Positions 22,704 through 35,142 are shown, counted from the first letter of the stretch. The stretch: DNA of 64,000 bases from an uncultured Nitrososphaerales archaeon (GCA_963713605.1 CAVQMO010000010.1:384001-448000); one strand, 5' to 3'. Notes: a model not told the origin generated them from the sequence alone. Numbers and translations are program-made.

Positions 22704-23420
22704 CTAACGTTCGCCGCAGCACCAATTCTTCAGGAAGTTGCTGGCTGATCTCGTATCATTGTAAGTAAATTTTTCCGGATCTGAAGACATTACTCCTTTG
22801 AAATCATTGTGAATATCAAGAGGTGTATTATTTAGAGTAATGATGCTTTCCAGACCAGCTCTATTGGCAGCTTCTACTCCCAATGGCGAATTCTCTACTA
22901 CAATTACCTGGGAGGGGGCAAGTTTCATTTTATATAACGCAATAACAAATGGTGTGGGATTTGGCTTCCCTTTTTCCAAATCATCACCAGTGATTATGAA
23001 GTCAAAATATTTGGCTCCAATATTCTTGTCTAAAATCGCTTCGACCTCTTCTCTGGCAGAACCGCTAACAACAGCTTTGATACATGACTTTCCGCATTCT
23101 GTTGTTAAATCTTCGAGCAATTCTTTTGCTCCATCTATCCCTTTAGCATCCTGAATCTGTTTAAAAATCTGTTCCTTTTTTGATCCGATCTGTTTTGCCA
23201 TTTCATCATTCACCTCTACTTCATTATCGATGTGCTCTCGCTTGAAGACCTCTTTTACTAAATCTGAACCTGGCATTCCTTCAAGTAAATATATGTTTTT
23301 TTTGTCTATTTCATGGTTAGTCTTTTCTTTTATTGCTCTGCTCATAGCCTCTGCATGAAAAGGCATCGAGTCAATAAGGACGCCATCCATATCAAAGATA
23401 ATACCCTTCTTAGTTGACAT
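22704..23420 (-). CDS. HAD-superfamily phosphatase (beta-PGM-like)
   Basis: FDMDGVLID, KGKPNP, VVENSPLG. Confidence 0.92.
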   Translation of the reverse strand: MSTKKGIIFDMDGVLIDSMPFHAEAMSRAIKEKTNHEIDKKNIYLLEGMPGSDLVKEVFKREHIDNEVEVNDEMAKQIGSKKEQIFKQIQDAKGIDGAKELLEDLTTECGKSCIKAVVSGSAREEVEAILDKNIGAKYFDFIITGDDLEKGKPNPTPFVIALYKMKLAPSQVIVVENSPLGVEAANRAGLESIITLNNTPLDIHNDFKGVMSSDPEKFTYNDTRSASNFLKNWCCGER

Positions 23421-23445
23421 ATGACAAAATGTCTTTTTACGAGAT

Positions 23446-24527
23446 TTATGGATTTATTATTCCCCTACCAACAACTTTTCCTTCCTTCAGCTTGGATAAA
23501 GCTTCTGTGGCTTGCTCAAGCTTAAATTTGTCTGATACAAGGGGCTTTATTACACCACGTCTAGCCAACGATACCAGTTCTGCAAGCTGAGCGATGTTCC
23601 CTGTATAGGATCCAATCAACTTGTAGGCCCTTGTGGGCATACTTATAAGGTTTAATTTTAACGCGCCTCCATACAACCCAACTAATACCATTCGAGCACG
23701 CTTTCTCAAAAGTTGCATATCTACCTCTGTGCTTTTCGAGGAGTTTACAAAGTCAATAACTGCGTCCGCGCCCAGTTTTTGTGTCACTTCCATCACAGCA
23801 GACTATGGCGTTTTCCTTCTTTGAATTAACGATAAAATCTGCGCCGTTCTTTTTAGCCGCCTTTAACTTGTTGTCATCCAAATCCATAGCAATCACCGTT
23901 GAACCTGTAATTGCCTTTGCGAGTTGAATTGCCATTAAACCTAATCCTCCCGCGCCGATGATAACTGCAGTGTCATACGGTTTCAGACTTGCATTACTTA
24001 TTGCACCATATGCAGTCAACGAAGAACAAGTTAGCGTACTTGCTGTATTTGCATCAAACGAACCAGTCTCAATATCGTTGGTTATATCTAAAAGGTATCT
24101 GTAAGCTTGGCACCAAGACATACTCAGAATACCCACCATCTTTGTAAATACCCAAGGATCGCGGTCGGTCACATAAATTCTCGTTGCCCTCTCTGCACGC
24201 TGGACACATTCCTTCACCCAACCACGGGTAAACAAGAACCTTGCTATTTTTTTTGAACAGATTAAGTGAAGATACTTCCTCACCAACCTCTTCGACCATC
24301 CCCGCAATTTCATGCCCAGGAATTAGCGGATAGCGCACGCCTCGATCAGTTGCTTTGAGGAACTCTCCGTCTGGACCTTCATAACCTCCTTCCCAGAGAT
24401 GAATATCACTATGACAAACGCCACAGGCCTCTACCCTGACAAGGACCTGGGAACCTATAGGTTTCGGGGTTTCTTTAGATACAATTTCTAAAGGAGATTT
24501 TGGCTTGATAATACTTGCAGACTTCAT
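23446..24527 (-). CDS. adh: Zn-dependent alcohol dehydrogenase; two +1 frame breaks
   Basis: GVCHSD, GHE, structural-Zn cysteines and GAGGLG across three frames. Confidence 0.9.
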
Positions 24528-25030
24528 AGAGGGGTTAAGAAGAGATTGAATATAAAATGATTGTTATGAGGACTGTGTATGAGCAAATCGCATTAATACT
24601 CTCAAAAATTGAAATTCTTGATATCTTTTCCTATTCCATAATCTTTAGGGATTCCTTAGTCTGCAGTTATCCTGAATAAATTCTCTCTACTCCAAGCCGC
24701 ATGTCCCACGATTGGACATATACACTTGCAGTATTGTGCCTCCGTTCGCTAGTCGTAGATTTATTAGACCAGTAGTGAAGTGGGCATTCTTCTGTTAGTT
24801 CAATTTGTGATATTTAGAACATCTGTTGAATATAGTCCGATTGCTGCATTGAGTCAATAATTCATGTTGACAACAATCCTAATGTCCCAAATGGGTTGAC
24901 TCGGCATCTTCTTTGTAAACTATATCGGAACAACTATGTTTATTCAGTCCCATATCTTCTTTCTAAATCAGATCGTTTATTACTGGCAGAGAAATCTGGT
25001 TCAAAAAATAAATAAATAAAAGACCGCAAT

Positions 25031-25525
25031 TCACTTAGTACGGTGACTATATTTACCGCTATTCCTTAACATATCACCCATTCGTGTCCATGTATCTCGA
25101 ATAGAAACACAGCTTGATCCGGCCAAATGATTACACGTATGGTTGTTAAATAGGGTAACATCTTCAGTGTAAATGCATCCTTCGCGATCATTAGGGACGT
25201 TACTTCCTATTCTAGTCTTAATAATGCCTCGAATTATTTCCTTAAAGACCTCCATCAAACCGGATCTAGCACCAAAAGCCCCGTTCTTATTGATCAACCA
25301 AAACATTTGAGTGGGATCGTAGCCTTCTGGAAAGATAGCTTTCTTTACTTTCATTGCCTCAGGCGAATTATAATGACCTGCTAAACGTATCCATCCTCCT
25401 GATAACTTTTTAACCCTAAAAGCAAATTGCCCACAAGACGAGCACCTGTCGTCGTATATGAGTAATGGCCTTAAGAAAGAAGGGTTCGCAGATATCGACA
25501 ACGTATGTTGATATTCTCTTCGCAA
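25031..25525 (-). CDS. DCC1-like thiol-disulfide oxidoreductase (DUF393)
   Basis: LIYDDRCSSC (DxxCxxC) motif. Confidence 0.7.
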   Translation of the reverse strand: MRREYQHTLSISANPSFLRPLLIYDDRCSSCGQFAFRVKKLSGGWIRLAGHYNSPEAMKVKKAIFPEGYDPTQMFWLINKNGAFGARSGLMEVFKEIIRGIIKTRIGSNVPNDREGCIYTEDVTLFNNHTCNHLAGSSCVSIRDTWTRMGDMLRNSGKYSHRTK

Positions 25526-25682
25526 ATATAAGACTTCTCGATAGTCCTTCCAAATTTCGCTAAAACAGATTCAGTGATGGCAAAAATAGTACAGGTGCGA
25601 AGAACTCATACTGGTCGGATATCATGTATTCATAAATATGGATACCTGTATTCATAAATATGGATAGCTCATAGAACCTGTC

Positions 25683-25808
25683 GTGCTAGAATGTATCCGA
25701 TGTGGACATGAAATGAAGGACATACAACCATGTCATTTGAAATGTTTCAACTGTGGGAGCGAGATTGACTGTTCTGATATAACCTATTTTTTGATTGAAG
25801 ATGATTGA
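25683..25808 (+). CDS. Zn-finger microprotein (41 aa), not in the ORF track
   Basis: GTG start; VLECIRCGHEMKDIQPCHLKCFNCGSEIDCSDITYFLIEDD. Confidence 0.7.
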   Translation: MLECIRCGHEMKDIQPCHLKCFNCGSEIDCSDITYFLIEDD

Positions 25809-25830
25809 ATTTGTTAAAGTTAGTTGAAGA

Positions 25831-26205
25831 TCATTTATCCAGTTCTTTGGGCATAGGATTTACATATAGCCTTCCATTTAGCACACAAGTTTCGTACGAA
25901 TCAACGCTATCTCCTCCTTTATGTGGTGACTTTCCGTCAGCGATAGAATATTTCCATCCGTGCCAGGGACATGTTACTATCCCCTCTTTTAGCTCTCCTT
26001 CACTTAAGGGACCACCTTCATGTTTGCATCGGTTCGAAATAGCATAATATCTTCCCGCAACATTAAATACGGCAATTTCCAATTCAATTCCAGGTTCGTC
26101 TACGATCAAAAAGCTTCTCGATTCACTGGGGTTAATTTCAGTAGTTTGACAAAGGTACCGAAGATTATCGTTAGTCTTATGACTCTTACTGCTATATTTG
26201 ACCAT
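25831..26205 (-). CDS. Rieske [2Fe-2S] ferredoxin (NirD-like)
   Basis: CKHEGGPL and CPWHGW. Confidence 0.92.
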   Translation of the reverse strand: MVKYSSKSHKTNDNLRYLCQTTEINPSESRSFLIVDEPGIELEIAVFNVAGRYYAISNRCKHEGGPLSEGELKEGIVTCPWHGWKYSIADGKSPHKGGDSVDSYETCVLNGRLYVNPMPKELDK

Positions 26206-26291
26206 ATTCTTTTTGCCGTGAACGATAGAAAAATACTTTGCCTGTAGACATTATCATCTTTCGGCACGCATAGACAAATGTATTAGTATTT

Positions 26292-26504
26292 TTATTTGTG
26301 TATCTCTTTCTCTAGTGCTTCTCTTAACATATTAGCATGCTTCTGTCTGTCTTGTTTAATAGTTTGCCACAGTTCTACTAGATCTGATCTGTTACTGCTT
26401 TGAGCATCTTTAATGTAGCTGTCTACAGTGTCGTATAAGAAATCTGCATCTGTCCCTAATGCTCTTAGTATACTATATTCAACATTTGATATCACTTGAG
26501 TCAT
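26292..26504 (-). CDS. Small ferritin-like helical-hairpin protein
   Basis: YIKDA.......LWQTIKQDRQKHANML pattern. Confidence 0.65.
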   Translation of the reverse strand: MTQVISNVEYSILRALGTDADFLYDTVDSYIKDAQSSNRSDLVELWQTIKQDRQKHANMLREALEKEIHK

Positions 26505-26889
26505 TGCAAGATTGATTTGTCAATAAAATATTTAATGGTTGTATCATTATACTATTTCTCAACGATCTTTTGTTTTTATGAACAACCTATTCAAGAAAAA
26601 TTCACTTTGAACTGTTTGAAACTGCTTTATTAAACAATTGAAAAACAGAGTGGTAAACACGCGGTTTGAAGTCCGACACAGGATCTTATTGACTGCTATC
26701 CAGAAAAATTAAGCCTAACCATTTCCTCCTTAGTATCCACCTGCCAAACTTTTCAGCAGCCTTCGCTGATTTTGCAATTACCTCAGGATTCCAGCTTATA
26801 GCAATAGATTCATAGAGAAAATAATCTGTTTGTATAGTCAAATAATTTTCTTATATAGATAGGCGAGCATACTGAACGAATTGAATGAT

Positions 26890-27044
26890 AACGTACCTGT
26901 TAGGCTTTACACTACAATCGATACCTCAAAAGATTTTTCATTTAATCAGCTTGATAAAGAATGACATAGAATACAATACAAGAAATGGTGTCCATTTGTA
27001 GCATATTCTGAAATAAAGAAAGGATTTGAAATCGCCAAGAACCA
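26890..27044 (+). pseudogene. Inverted fragment of the 5' part of ku
   Basis: Near-identical to the reverse complement of 37196-37362, with a GGA>TGA stop and 15 bp replaced by TTT. Confidence 0.9.
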
Positions 27045-27120
27045 CTCGGTCTGCGGGATTTCCCGCAAAATGCGTGATAGATTCTATTTTATAATATGTT
27101 GTGTATAATTTGTATAATTA

Positions 27121-27402
27121 ATGTCCAGATCCCAAACAAGAAGAACGGGTTCGAAGCAAAAAGCAAGGGGTTCAGATAAGCAATTATCTACAAGGACAAA
27201 AAAACAAATTGATTCATTGCCAAAACATGCACAACATATATACAAAAAAGCGCACGATAATGCAATTGAACAATACCAAGATCCTGATAAAAGACGTGGT
27301 GGAAAGAGTGAAAGTGCTGAAGAGGTAGCCCACAAAGTTTCATGGGCAGCAGTAAAAAAAGCCTATAGAAAGAAAGGAGATATGTGGGTTAAGAAAGAAT
27401 AG
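27121..27402 (+). CDS. chaB: ChaB family protein
   Basis: LPKHAQHIYKKAHDNA...EEVAHKVSWAAVKKAY.K. Confidence 0.92.
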   Translation: MSRSQTRRTGSKQKARGSDKQLSTRTKKQIDSLPKHAQHIYKKAHDNAIEQYQDPDKRRGGKSESAEEVAHKVSWAAVKKAYRKKGDMWVKKE

Positions 27403-27779
27403 TCCTGTTTCTGACAACAGTGTGAACACATTATTGCCCATATTTCATCAGCTATCGATGTTTGTTACTCATAATTTATTCGTTTGAAGAACCAACCTGC
27501 ATACAACTCTCGTAACATAAACACACTAGGAGATAGTTTATTTCAATATCAATTGAATAGATCTACTCTGAAGTGGTTCTGAGAATTAGGGGGTCCATCA
27601 TTAGATTCAAGACATGAGGTATTTAGTTATGCGCGCATTACTTTGAGTCGTATAGCCAATTGAGTATGATTGGCTTTGTACTATGCCTAATATTGTCGTT
27701 CTTGGCAGAAAGTCTCCCTCTCTTGGGGGAAAAGACATACCCTAAAGTATTATATAAAATGTTGATATTGTTGTATTTG

Positions 27780-28016
27780 ATGACTAGAAATTTGAAATTC
27801 TTAGGAATAGGTTCATGCGTGCTAGCTGTTGCAGTTCTTGTTATGGGCGTATCGGCTATATCTCCAGATGCAATTGCACAAAACACTACTGAAAAAGGCT
27901 CAAGCGAGGGACTAGGTGTACCCCAGAATGCAACGGGTGCTCAATCTTCGCCCGAAGCTATGAACAATACTCTTACACCTATGGGTCCTGAGAACGAAAC
28001 AGTAATCGTAAAATAG
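27780..28016 (+). CDS. Small secreted protein
   Basis: Signal peptide ending AIAQ, then a polar tail with N-x-T sequons. Confidence 0.65.
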   Translation: MTRNLKFLGIGSCVLAVAVLVMGVSAISPDAIAQNTTEKGSSEGLGVPQNATGAQSSPEAMNNTLTPMGPENETVIVK

Positions 28017-28327
28017 AGGCAACATAGGTAACATAGAATTTATTCTATACCTTTTCTTTCAACGTTAACGTTAGCATTAGATCTCCCCGTATAATGCTTG
28101 ATACCATGTATTGAATCGATGCAGTGATGTACAGCGACATGCCACACTCAACTAATATAGATTAATCATTTCGTATTATAAACCTTGGAAAGATCCCTTG
28201 ACATTTTTGTTGCTTTGATAGGCGTATGGGGGAAGGCAAGTTCATAGTAAACTGAACCAGATTGATTATAAGCGCTTCGGCAGCATATCTTTCAAATATC
28301 CTTATTATAGCTATGTGACCTTGCCTT

Positions 28328-29524
28328 CTACATTTTCTTGTTATTATCAAGGAAGTCAGTCATTCTCAATTGTTTCTTCTTATGTTCGAAGATTCTGCTA
28401 CCTTTAATCCACTCTACTTTCGATGCAGATAAATTCATACACGCAAAGGACAACGCTTTTTCAAAGCTCTCAAATTGTCTTTTTTCCGTTTTCAATGCTT
28501 CTCTGATTCCTTCTCTTACCTGCCACACTCCTACTGGCATGACATAATCTGAATGGATTTCTCTTAAGATTAATGCTGCTGCCTTTCTTCTTCTTTTAGA
28601 AAGGTGTTCTGCAATACCTAATCTGGCAGCAAAGTATGCGCCTGCTATGAAAGGATAATGATCTAACCCTCTAGCATCTTCGAAATCAAGTCCCATCCCT
28701 AAGTTTCCATTGTTGTCAAACCATATCTCTTTCATTTCAAAGCTCCAAACATTATCAGGAATCAATAGAACAGAGTAATAGTTACCAAGATGCGAGTATT
28801 TGTAAACTTCAAAAAAATCTATTTGGGCATTTGACACTAAGCTTTTTATCAAGGAAACAGAAATAATATCATCTGTTGCAGAGATGCTCCATCGTGTAGG
28901 GACAAGTCTTCTGTTTTTTTGCAAGCCTAGCATTCCTACGCTAAGGACCCGATGAATTCTGCTAACTTCCACCTCTTCTTTGTAAAGATCAACTACAGCT
29001 TCGGCTGCGTGCAAATCCTTATCGTAATAGACCTTTTCCAATCGCTTATCTATTGAAAGTGATGCAGTTTTGAAACTCTTTAAAGGCGCTACTGGACCAA
29101 ATGGTGCAGATTCGCCTAGGTCCTTTTCCCGTTCTATATCTGTGATTGGCCTTTTTTCAAAAACTACTTCACTTTCTGCTGATTTTGCAGCCATGGCCAG
29201 TTCCTGCAAAGATTCAATATATCTTCCAGCGGTAACATGAACGTTGACGTCTGATACTCCCCTTACCAGAGACAGACGATAGTTAACAATATCCTCGAGA
29301 CTTTTACCAAACCACATCTCTGGTTTATCGAATATAGTAGTGTCGCCATGTAATGGTGGGACCATGGGTCCCACCTTTACCTTGGGATATCCGTAGCGTC
29401 CAATAAAAACAGAAGGCGGAGTGGCACCCGCAAGTGTCTCTGAAGCTAATTTGGCTGAATTTGCATTAAGAAACTCAATCCAGTTATCTTCTAACCGCTT
29501 TTTGATTTCATTAGCTGTAGCCAC
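28328..29524 (-). CDS. nreA: Archaeal DNA repair protein NreA
   Basis: PPSVFIGRYGYPKV.VGP, RRLVPTRWSISATD, GAYFAARL, PVGVWQVRE, and a C-terminal PIP-like QLRMTDFL. Confidence 0.92.
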   Translation of the reverse strand: MATANEIKKRLEDNWIEFLNANSAKLASETLAGATPPSVFIGRYGYPKVKVGPMVPPLHGDTTIFDKPEMWFGKSLEDIVNYRLSLVRGVSDVNVHVTAGRYIESLQELAMAAKSAESEVVFEKRPITDIEREKDLGESAPFGPVAPLKSFKTASLSIDKRLEKVYYDKDLHAAEAVVDLYKEEVEVSRIHRVLSVGMLGLQKNRRLVPTRWSISATDDIISVSLIKSLVSNAQIDFFEVYKYSHLGNYYSVLLIPDNVWSFEMKEIWFDNNGNLGMGLDFEDARGLDHYPFIAGAYFAARLGIAEHLSKRRRKAAALILREIHSDYVMPVGVWQVREGIREALKTEKRQFESFEKALSFACMNLSASKVEWIKGSRIFEHKKKQLRMTDFLDNNKKM

Positions 29525-29974
29525 ATCTTACTGATGATTCGATATTAGGTATAATTCAATCTATCGAATCCGTATTGGGTGTTGTAGTAATCAGGAATTG
29601 AACCAGTTACCGCTGCCCAGTGCAGTCAAGAAAAATTTGTTAACATAAACTATTATATCTGACCCCACGTTTGCCGAACATCTTATAATTGGTCTAGGTC
29701 CTTTGCATTTTTATGTCTAATTACAAAATGCAGAGGCGCATCTTTTTGGTGTTATCTGAAATGGTATGAACGATAGTTGATGGATAAATAGCAAATGGGA
29801 GTGCATGAAAAAAACGAATTCTGCAAGAGCAGTATCAGTTCAGAACGATTGTAGCCAACCTTAGGGAATTTGCGATCCTATTTATGGACTTATTCATTTG
29901 AACCGGCACAATTTGCATTATTTACCTTGGATCATTGTACTGTCGATAATAAGGGCATATAACAATGTAATATA

Positions 29975-30148
29975 TTAGTCTCCTTGTCTAGGTTCCTCGT
30001 CCTCAAATTCCTCTCCTCCAAGAGGAACCTCTTTCTTAAGCTCTCCTTGGCTTTCTAAATCCTCAATTACTTTTTCCTCTTCATCAATGTTTGCTCTATT
30101 TTGTGTCTCACGTCCCATCTTTCTTTTTTCATCTGATGCCTTAGTCAT
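29975..30148 (-). CDS. Acidic hydrophilic microprotein (57 aa), not in the ORF track
   Basis: MTKASDEKRKMGRETQNRANIDEEEKVIEDLESQGELKKEVPLGGEEFEDEEPRQGD, with a TATA-like element upstream. Confidence 0.6.
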   Translation of the reverse strand: MTKASDEKRKMGRETQNRANIDEEEKVIEDLESQGELKKEVPLGGEEFEDEEPRQGD

Positions 30149-30569
30149 TCATGTTTCCTTGGTTCACATTCTATTTGTTCATTAGCATCTACTTTTCTCT
30201 CATCACTTTAATCACCGTCCTCGGCATTTTGATAGTCAAAATAACGGCATTAACATGCCTTATCTATTCCTACAACAGGAAAAAATACTAGGACTGGCAA
30301 ATAAAACGCCAAAATGGTCCAATTTTTTTGAATCATAGTTCACCTGTCATTATATTATTTCGGGTTTGTAAACCTCTAGAAACAAGGTATGAGACCGTCT
30401 GCATTGGTATAGCTGGATACATTCCGAGGAACATAACGAGGCCTGTTCATTATATTCTTAAAGCATCTATACGAATTCTATCCATTTCCACACAAAGTAC
30501 AATACTAGAGCAGGGCGATAGTTAGCTCTGAGAAAGTAAATTCCCATTTATCTGTGTCGTTTGGCGCTC

Positions 30570-31451
30570 CTATAAACTTCCGTAGAGACTATATCTTCCT
30601 TCACCAATTCTGTTTGCATAATTCCAAACATTAGAAATCCCTGAAAGCCTTTTGAAAGTTTTCTTTTGTGTATCTTCCAGCATATTATAGAGCTTTTGCC
30701 CAATGACTATTTGATCTGGTTTTGCAATTGCTGTCATTTTTACTGCTATACTAATAGTAGGCCCTATCATATCAATATGTGGTCTTGTTAAGATTGCCTT
30801 TCCATTTAATTTATCGATATCTATACCATACTGTACTACTCCAATCTCGCCAAAATCTATCCCTATTCTTACCTTTAATTCTGGATAATCATACTGATTT
30901 AATATAGGATTAATGCCTTTCTGTATCACTTGGATCATTGTATAGGCACAACCTATCACATTACTGCTTTGTAGAGAATATGGAGCAATAGCATCGTTGT
31001 TGGTTATGTTTTTTTTGTTTTCTCTATCCGCGCTAGACTCATCTTCAATTACAAAAAATGCTAAAACTGCATCTCCAACATACTTTAAAACGTATCCTCC
31101 ATACATCGATATTATCGAAGAAGTTTCTTCAGCAAAAGCTCTAATGATAGCCGAAAGTTTATCAATAGACAGTGTCATCGACATCTTCGTCGAATCCACT
31201 AAATCGATATGCAAGATTACTAGATTGATTTTGGATTCTACGAATTTCTCTAGAACGCTTTGAGTTTCACTAAGCGAAATCCTAAATTCCGGCTTTGCCT
31301 TTAAAGCCTTCCACATTCTAATTTGTGAATTTTTAATTACGGATTCTATGTCGATAACCGCATCAAGATATAATTTATTGATAAAAGGGCTTCCTGATTT
31401 GCTTCGCAAAGGAATTTCCTGTGTCCGTACTTCATCTCTGATAATCCGCAT
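30570..31451 (-). CDS. Class III adenylate/guanylate cyclase domain protein
   Basis: HIDLVDST, KYVGDAV, RIGIDFG, DMIG. The frame stays open to about 31560 with an HTH-like segment, so the true start may be upstream. Confidence 0.88.
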   Translation of the reverse strand: MRIIRDEVRTQEIPLRSKSGSPFINKLYLDAVIDIESVIKNSQIRMWKALKAKPEFRISLSETQSVLEKFVESKINLVILHIDLVDSTKMSMTLSIDKLSAIIRAFAEETSSIISMYGGYVLKYVGDAVLAFFVIEDESSADRENKKNITNNDAIAPYSLQSSNVIGCAYTMIQVIQKGINPILNQYDYPELKVRIGIDFGEIGVVQYGIDIDKLNGKAILTRPHIDMIGPTISIAVKMTAIAKPDQIVIGQKLYNMLEDTQKKTFKRLSGISNVWNYANRIGEGRYSLYGSL

Positions 31452-31975
31452 AACTTCATCCTTGTTTGTGTCTAATTCCAGTGCAATTATTTCAGGGTTG
31501 ATTCCGGAATTGTATAAGTTAAGTATAGTATTTCTTTGATTTGATGCTATGGATAAATCAAATCACCTTATTTAATTTCAAAAACATGGTATATAGAGAT
31601 ACATTTGGGCTTTTATTTATGTATAGAAATTGTATCCATTTAATGGATTGCTTATGAAGTGAGTAGCGGGCAGTACCTTAAATATCACGTTTGGCAAATA
31701 GATCAGCATGTCCTCAAGCGAGGCTCTGATCCGATTTACAGAAGGCATATAAGTAAACAATAGCGTATCTTAAATAAAAAGTTGAGCACACTCGGGCAGC
31801 ACGAACAAAGTGCATCCCCACTAATTTAGTTAAAAATTAAGCAATGACAATACCACCGGGCTTGAGTATGGTCTCATTTCTTATTTGTAGAGTCAAATAT
31901 TTGGAGGTAAGAAGATTCAGTGCTGTCACAATCATCTTATAGTAGCAAGCATCCATTTTACTTCATCAGGGACTT

Positions 31976-33797
31976 ATGAATTTAGAAATTGCGAGGATAC
32001 TCAGAGAAATAGCATATATTTTGGAAACGGGGATAACCGAAAAAGGCAAAGAAGACCAAAAAACGAAACTAGGTCTAATTTTTAAGATCAGGTCTTATAG
32101 AAGGGCGGCAGATGTGATAGAGAACCTCTATCCTGAGATAGATGAATTATATAAGACAGAGAAACTAAACGGGCTTTTAAAATTACCTTCTATTGGTAAA
32201 GCTATTGCCTTGAAACTTGAAGAATATATTACTACAGGTAACCTGAGCTATTATGAAGATCTAAAGAAGAAAATTCCGATAAATATTAGCGAATTCATGA
32301 ATTTAGAGGGAATAGGACCGAAAACAATCGTAGCGCTTTACAACGTGCTCAAAATTCAAAACATCTCCGAGTTAGAAAGGGCAGCGAATGAAGGCAAAAT
32401 TAGGAAAATTCCTGGTTTTTCTCAAAAACGCGAAGAAGTTATTCTGAAAAGAATTCAGTTTCTTAAGAAAGGCAAGGAAAGACGATTAATTGGTGAAATC
32501 TACCCGCTTGTTAAGAAAATCGAGGAACGACTTACAAGTATTGCGGGTATTAGAGATGCCATAGCAGCTGGCTCTTTTAGAAGGATGAAGGAAACAGTGG
32601 GAGACATAGACTTCTTGGTTTCGGTAGCAGAAAGATCCGACAGTACTACTAAAGCCAAAATAATTGATTATTTTACGAGAATGCCTGAGGTTAGAGAAAT
32701 AATCGGCAAAGGATCAGCCAAAGCATTCGTAAAGCTCAGAAATGGGGTACAGGCAGATCTGTTGGTAGTCCCTGAAGATAGCTTCGGTGCAGCACTTCAG
32801 TATTTCACAGGAAGCAAAGAACACGGCGTAGCATTGCGGAAAGTAGCTCTATCAAGAGGTTCTAAGTTAAGCGAGTGGGGAGTATTTGATGGTAACAATC
32901 ATAGAGTTGCGGGCCGAACGGAAGAAGAAGTATATCAATTCTTAGGCCTGGAATGGGTTCCTCCGGAAATTCGAGAAAATAAAGGAGAGATTGAGCTCGC
33001 AGCTAAAAAGAAAGGCAATCTTCGCAAGAAGGAAAGTAAAAAGACAGAAGCAAACCTACCTCAATTAATCGATTATAACGATCTGCAGGGAGATCTTCAA
33101 GTTCACAGCAACTATACTGACGGAGCTTTCTCAATAGAAGAAATGGCACAAAATGCAAGGGTTAGGTTTGGATTGAAATACATAGCTTTATCGGATCACA
33201 CGAAGAGCCTCAAGTTAGCCAATGGACTTGATGAGCAACAATTAATCGAACAGTCAAATAAGATTGCTGAAATCAATGATGAAAATAAGGAGACAGGTTT
33301 TCGTATACTTTCAGGCGCTGAGGTAAATATTCAAAAAGATGGATCGCTTGATATTCCCAATAATGTACTGGACAGGCTGGACATCGTAGGGGCTGCCATT
33401 CATTCTAATTTTTCCTTACCGATTGATATGCAAACTAATAGATTGATAGAAGCAGCCAAAAATCCAAGCGTCGACATTATTTTTCATCCTACCGGCAGAA
33501 TAATCAATAGACGGGACGGGTATCCCGTAGATATTGCCCGGCTGATCGAGACTGCAAGGGACACAAAAACTGTTCTTGAAATAGACGCACATTATAATAG
33601 ACTTGATCTCAAAGATGAGGTACATACGGATGGCCGTCGACAACGATGCAAATCTCGTAATCGATTCAGATGCCCACCATCCTCTACATTTTGCTTTCTT
33701 GAGATTTGGCATCGGTCAGGCAAGAAGAGGGTGGGCAGAGAAACCGCGTATCCTGAATGCTCTACCCGTTCGTCAGCTGCTAGATAGTTTAAAGTAA
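31976..33797 (+). CDS. polX: DNA polymerase X with PHP domain; +1 frame break
   Basis: HhH motifs (PSIGK, GIGPK), GSFRR.KETVGDID, LQYFTGS, PHP motifs SDH and DSDAH; extra G near 33620. Confidence 0.95.
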
Positions 33798-34011
33798 TAT
33801 TAGATCACTTGAACTTCATGTGTGTAATTGAAATTTTATTGGGTCTATCTTTGAAGTACTGTCAAAAGGAAGTTTAAATTTTAGGAGGTAAGAATCCAAC
33901 CTTCCATTACGGAGTCGATCTGGCTTGATCCTTGAATTCAACGCACTATTGCCTTCTTAACACTGTATTGAAGAAACAGGCAAACCAATTTGTATACTCT
34001 TTAGAAAAAGG

Positions 34012-34870
34012 TCATCCATACATAACATTTTCTTCATTTTGACCTCTCTCGTTTTCATTCATCGATTTCTGCTGATTGCGCATGGATCTTGCAATTTTTT
34101 CAAGATTCTTCTTGACCTGGTTTCCTTGTTCTCTTAACTTGGAGACATCAATTTTCAATTCAACGAACCTTGTTATTTTTGCAAGTGTATCAAGAATTAT
34201 AGCAGCACCTTCAGGATCTGGAATGCCACTTAACGATGGGACAAGAACAGCACTACATGGGATATTGTTGGAAATACAGGAAGATAACAAGCCGCCAGAA
34301 ATTCCGCCAATATATGTAGGACCTAAATTGTCAGAGGTAGTATCATTGTACTGTGATACGGTTTCATTACCGTTTTCTTCTTGGCTTTTTTTACTCGATT
34401 GCTTTAGCTCATTCAGTTTATTGATTAGAGTATGATCCTCTTCAGTGTTTGATAGTATGAATGGATTCCTTTTGGATTGCGGTATGCCTTGCATTGGCAT
34501 CCCTTCTAAAACTAGTACCTTGGTTACATTACTGTCCAATGCCCACTTCATCACAGCATCGAGGACGCGATGAATGCCTTGAACCAGTATCGGAGTTTCA
34601 CAAACAAGGACACAAATAGTCCCTTCATTATTAGCGTACAGTCTAAAGGGGTGCCTTAGTTTTCCTCCAACATAGATTACACCTGGCATAATGAATTCTG
34701 ATTCGACGCATGCTATCTGTCGCATCCTTAAAGATTCTATAATGAAACTTGTACTGAATAGAGCCAATAAGGCCAGGACCAGGAAATCCTGCAATAAGAA
34801 GTGGATTATTCAGCTTTACCGGTCCTTCTTTTCTTGAGATTGTTGAGTTTATTTCCGTGTTATGCCAGTT
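34012..34870 (-). CDS. PAC2-family proteasome assembly chaperone; +1 frame break, start uncertain
   Basis: LIAGFPGPGLIGSI, HPFRLY, IGGISGGLL, PDPEGA, ending MYG. Confidence 0.85.
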
Positions 34871-35142
34871 ACCACCTATAGGTCCGACGCGTGAACTGTC
34901 CCTGGCTGAATTAATCGCACGCAGGCCGTAATTTAGTCGTTGATTAACCTTGTGAGTGTTATTACTTTTCTTATTTTGTACCAATAACGATGTATTAACC
35001 TTCAAGATTGATAATTGTTTTCGTATCTGAATCCGATACGAACTCAACGGGTGTATGCTGAATCGAAATGGGACTTTAACTGCAATTTTCCTATTAAGCC
35101 ATAGATAATTTCGCAAGCCAGATTAGCCCAAACAACAGGTAT

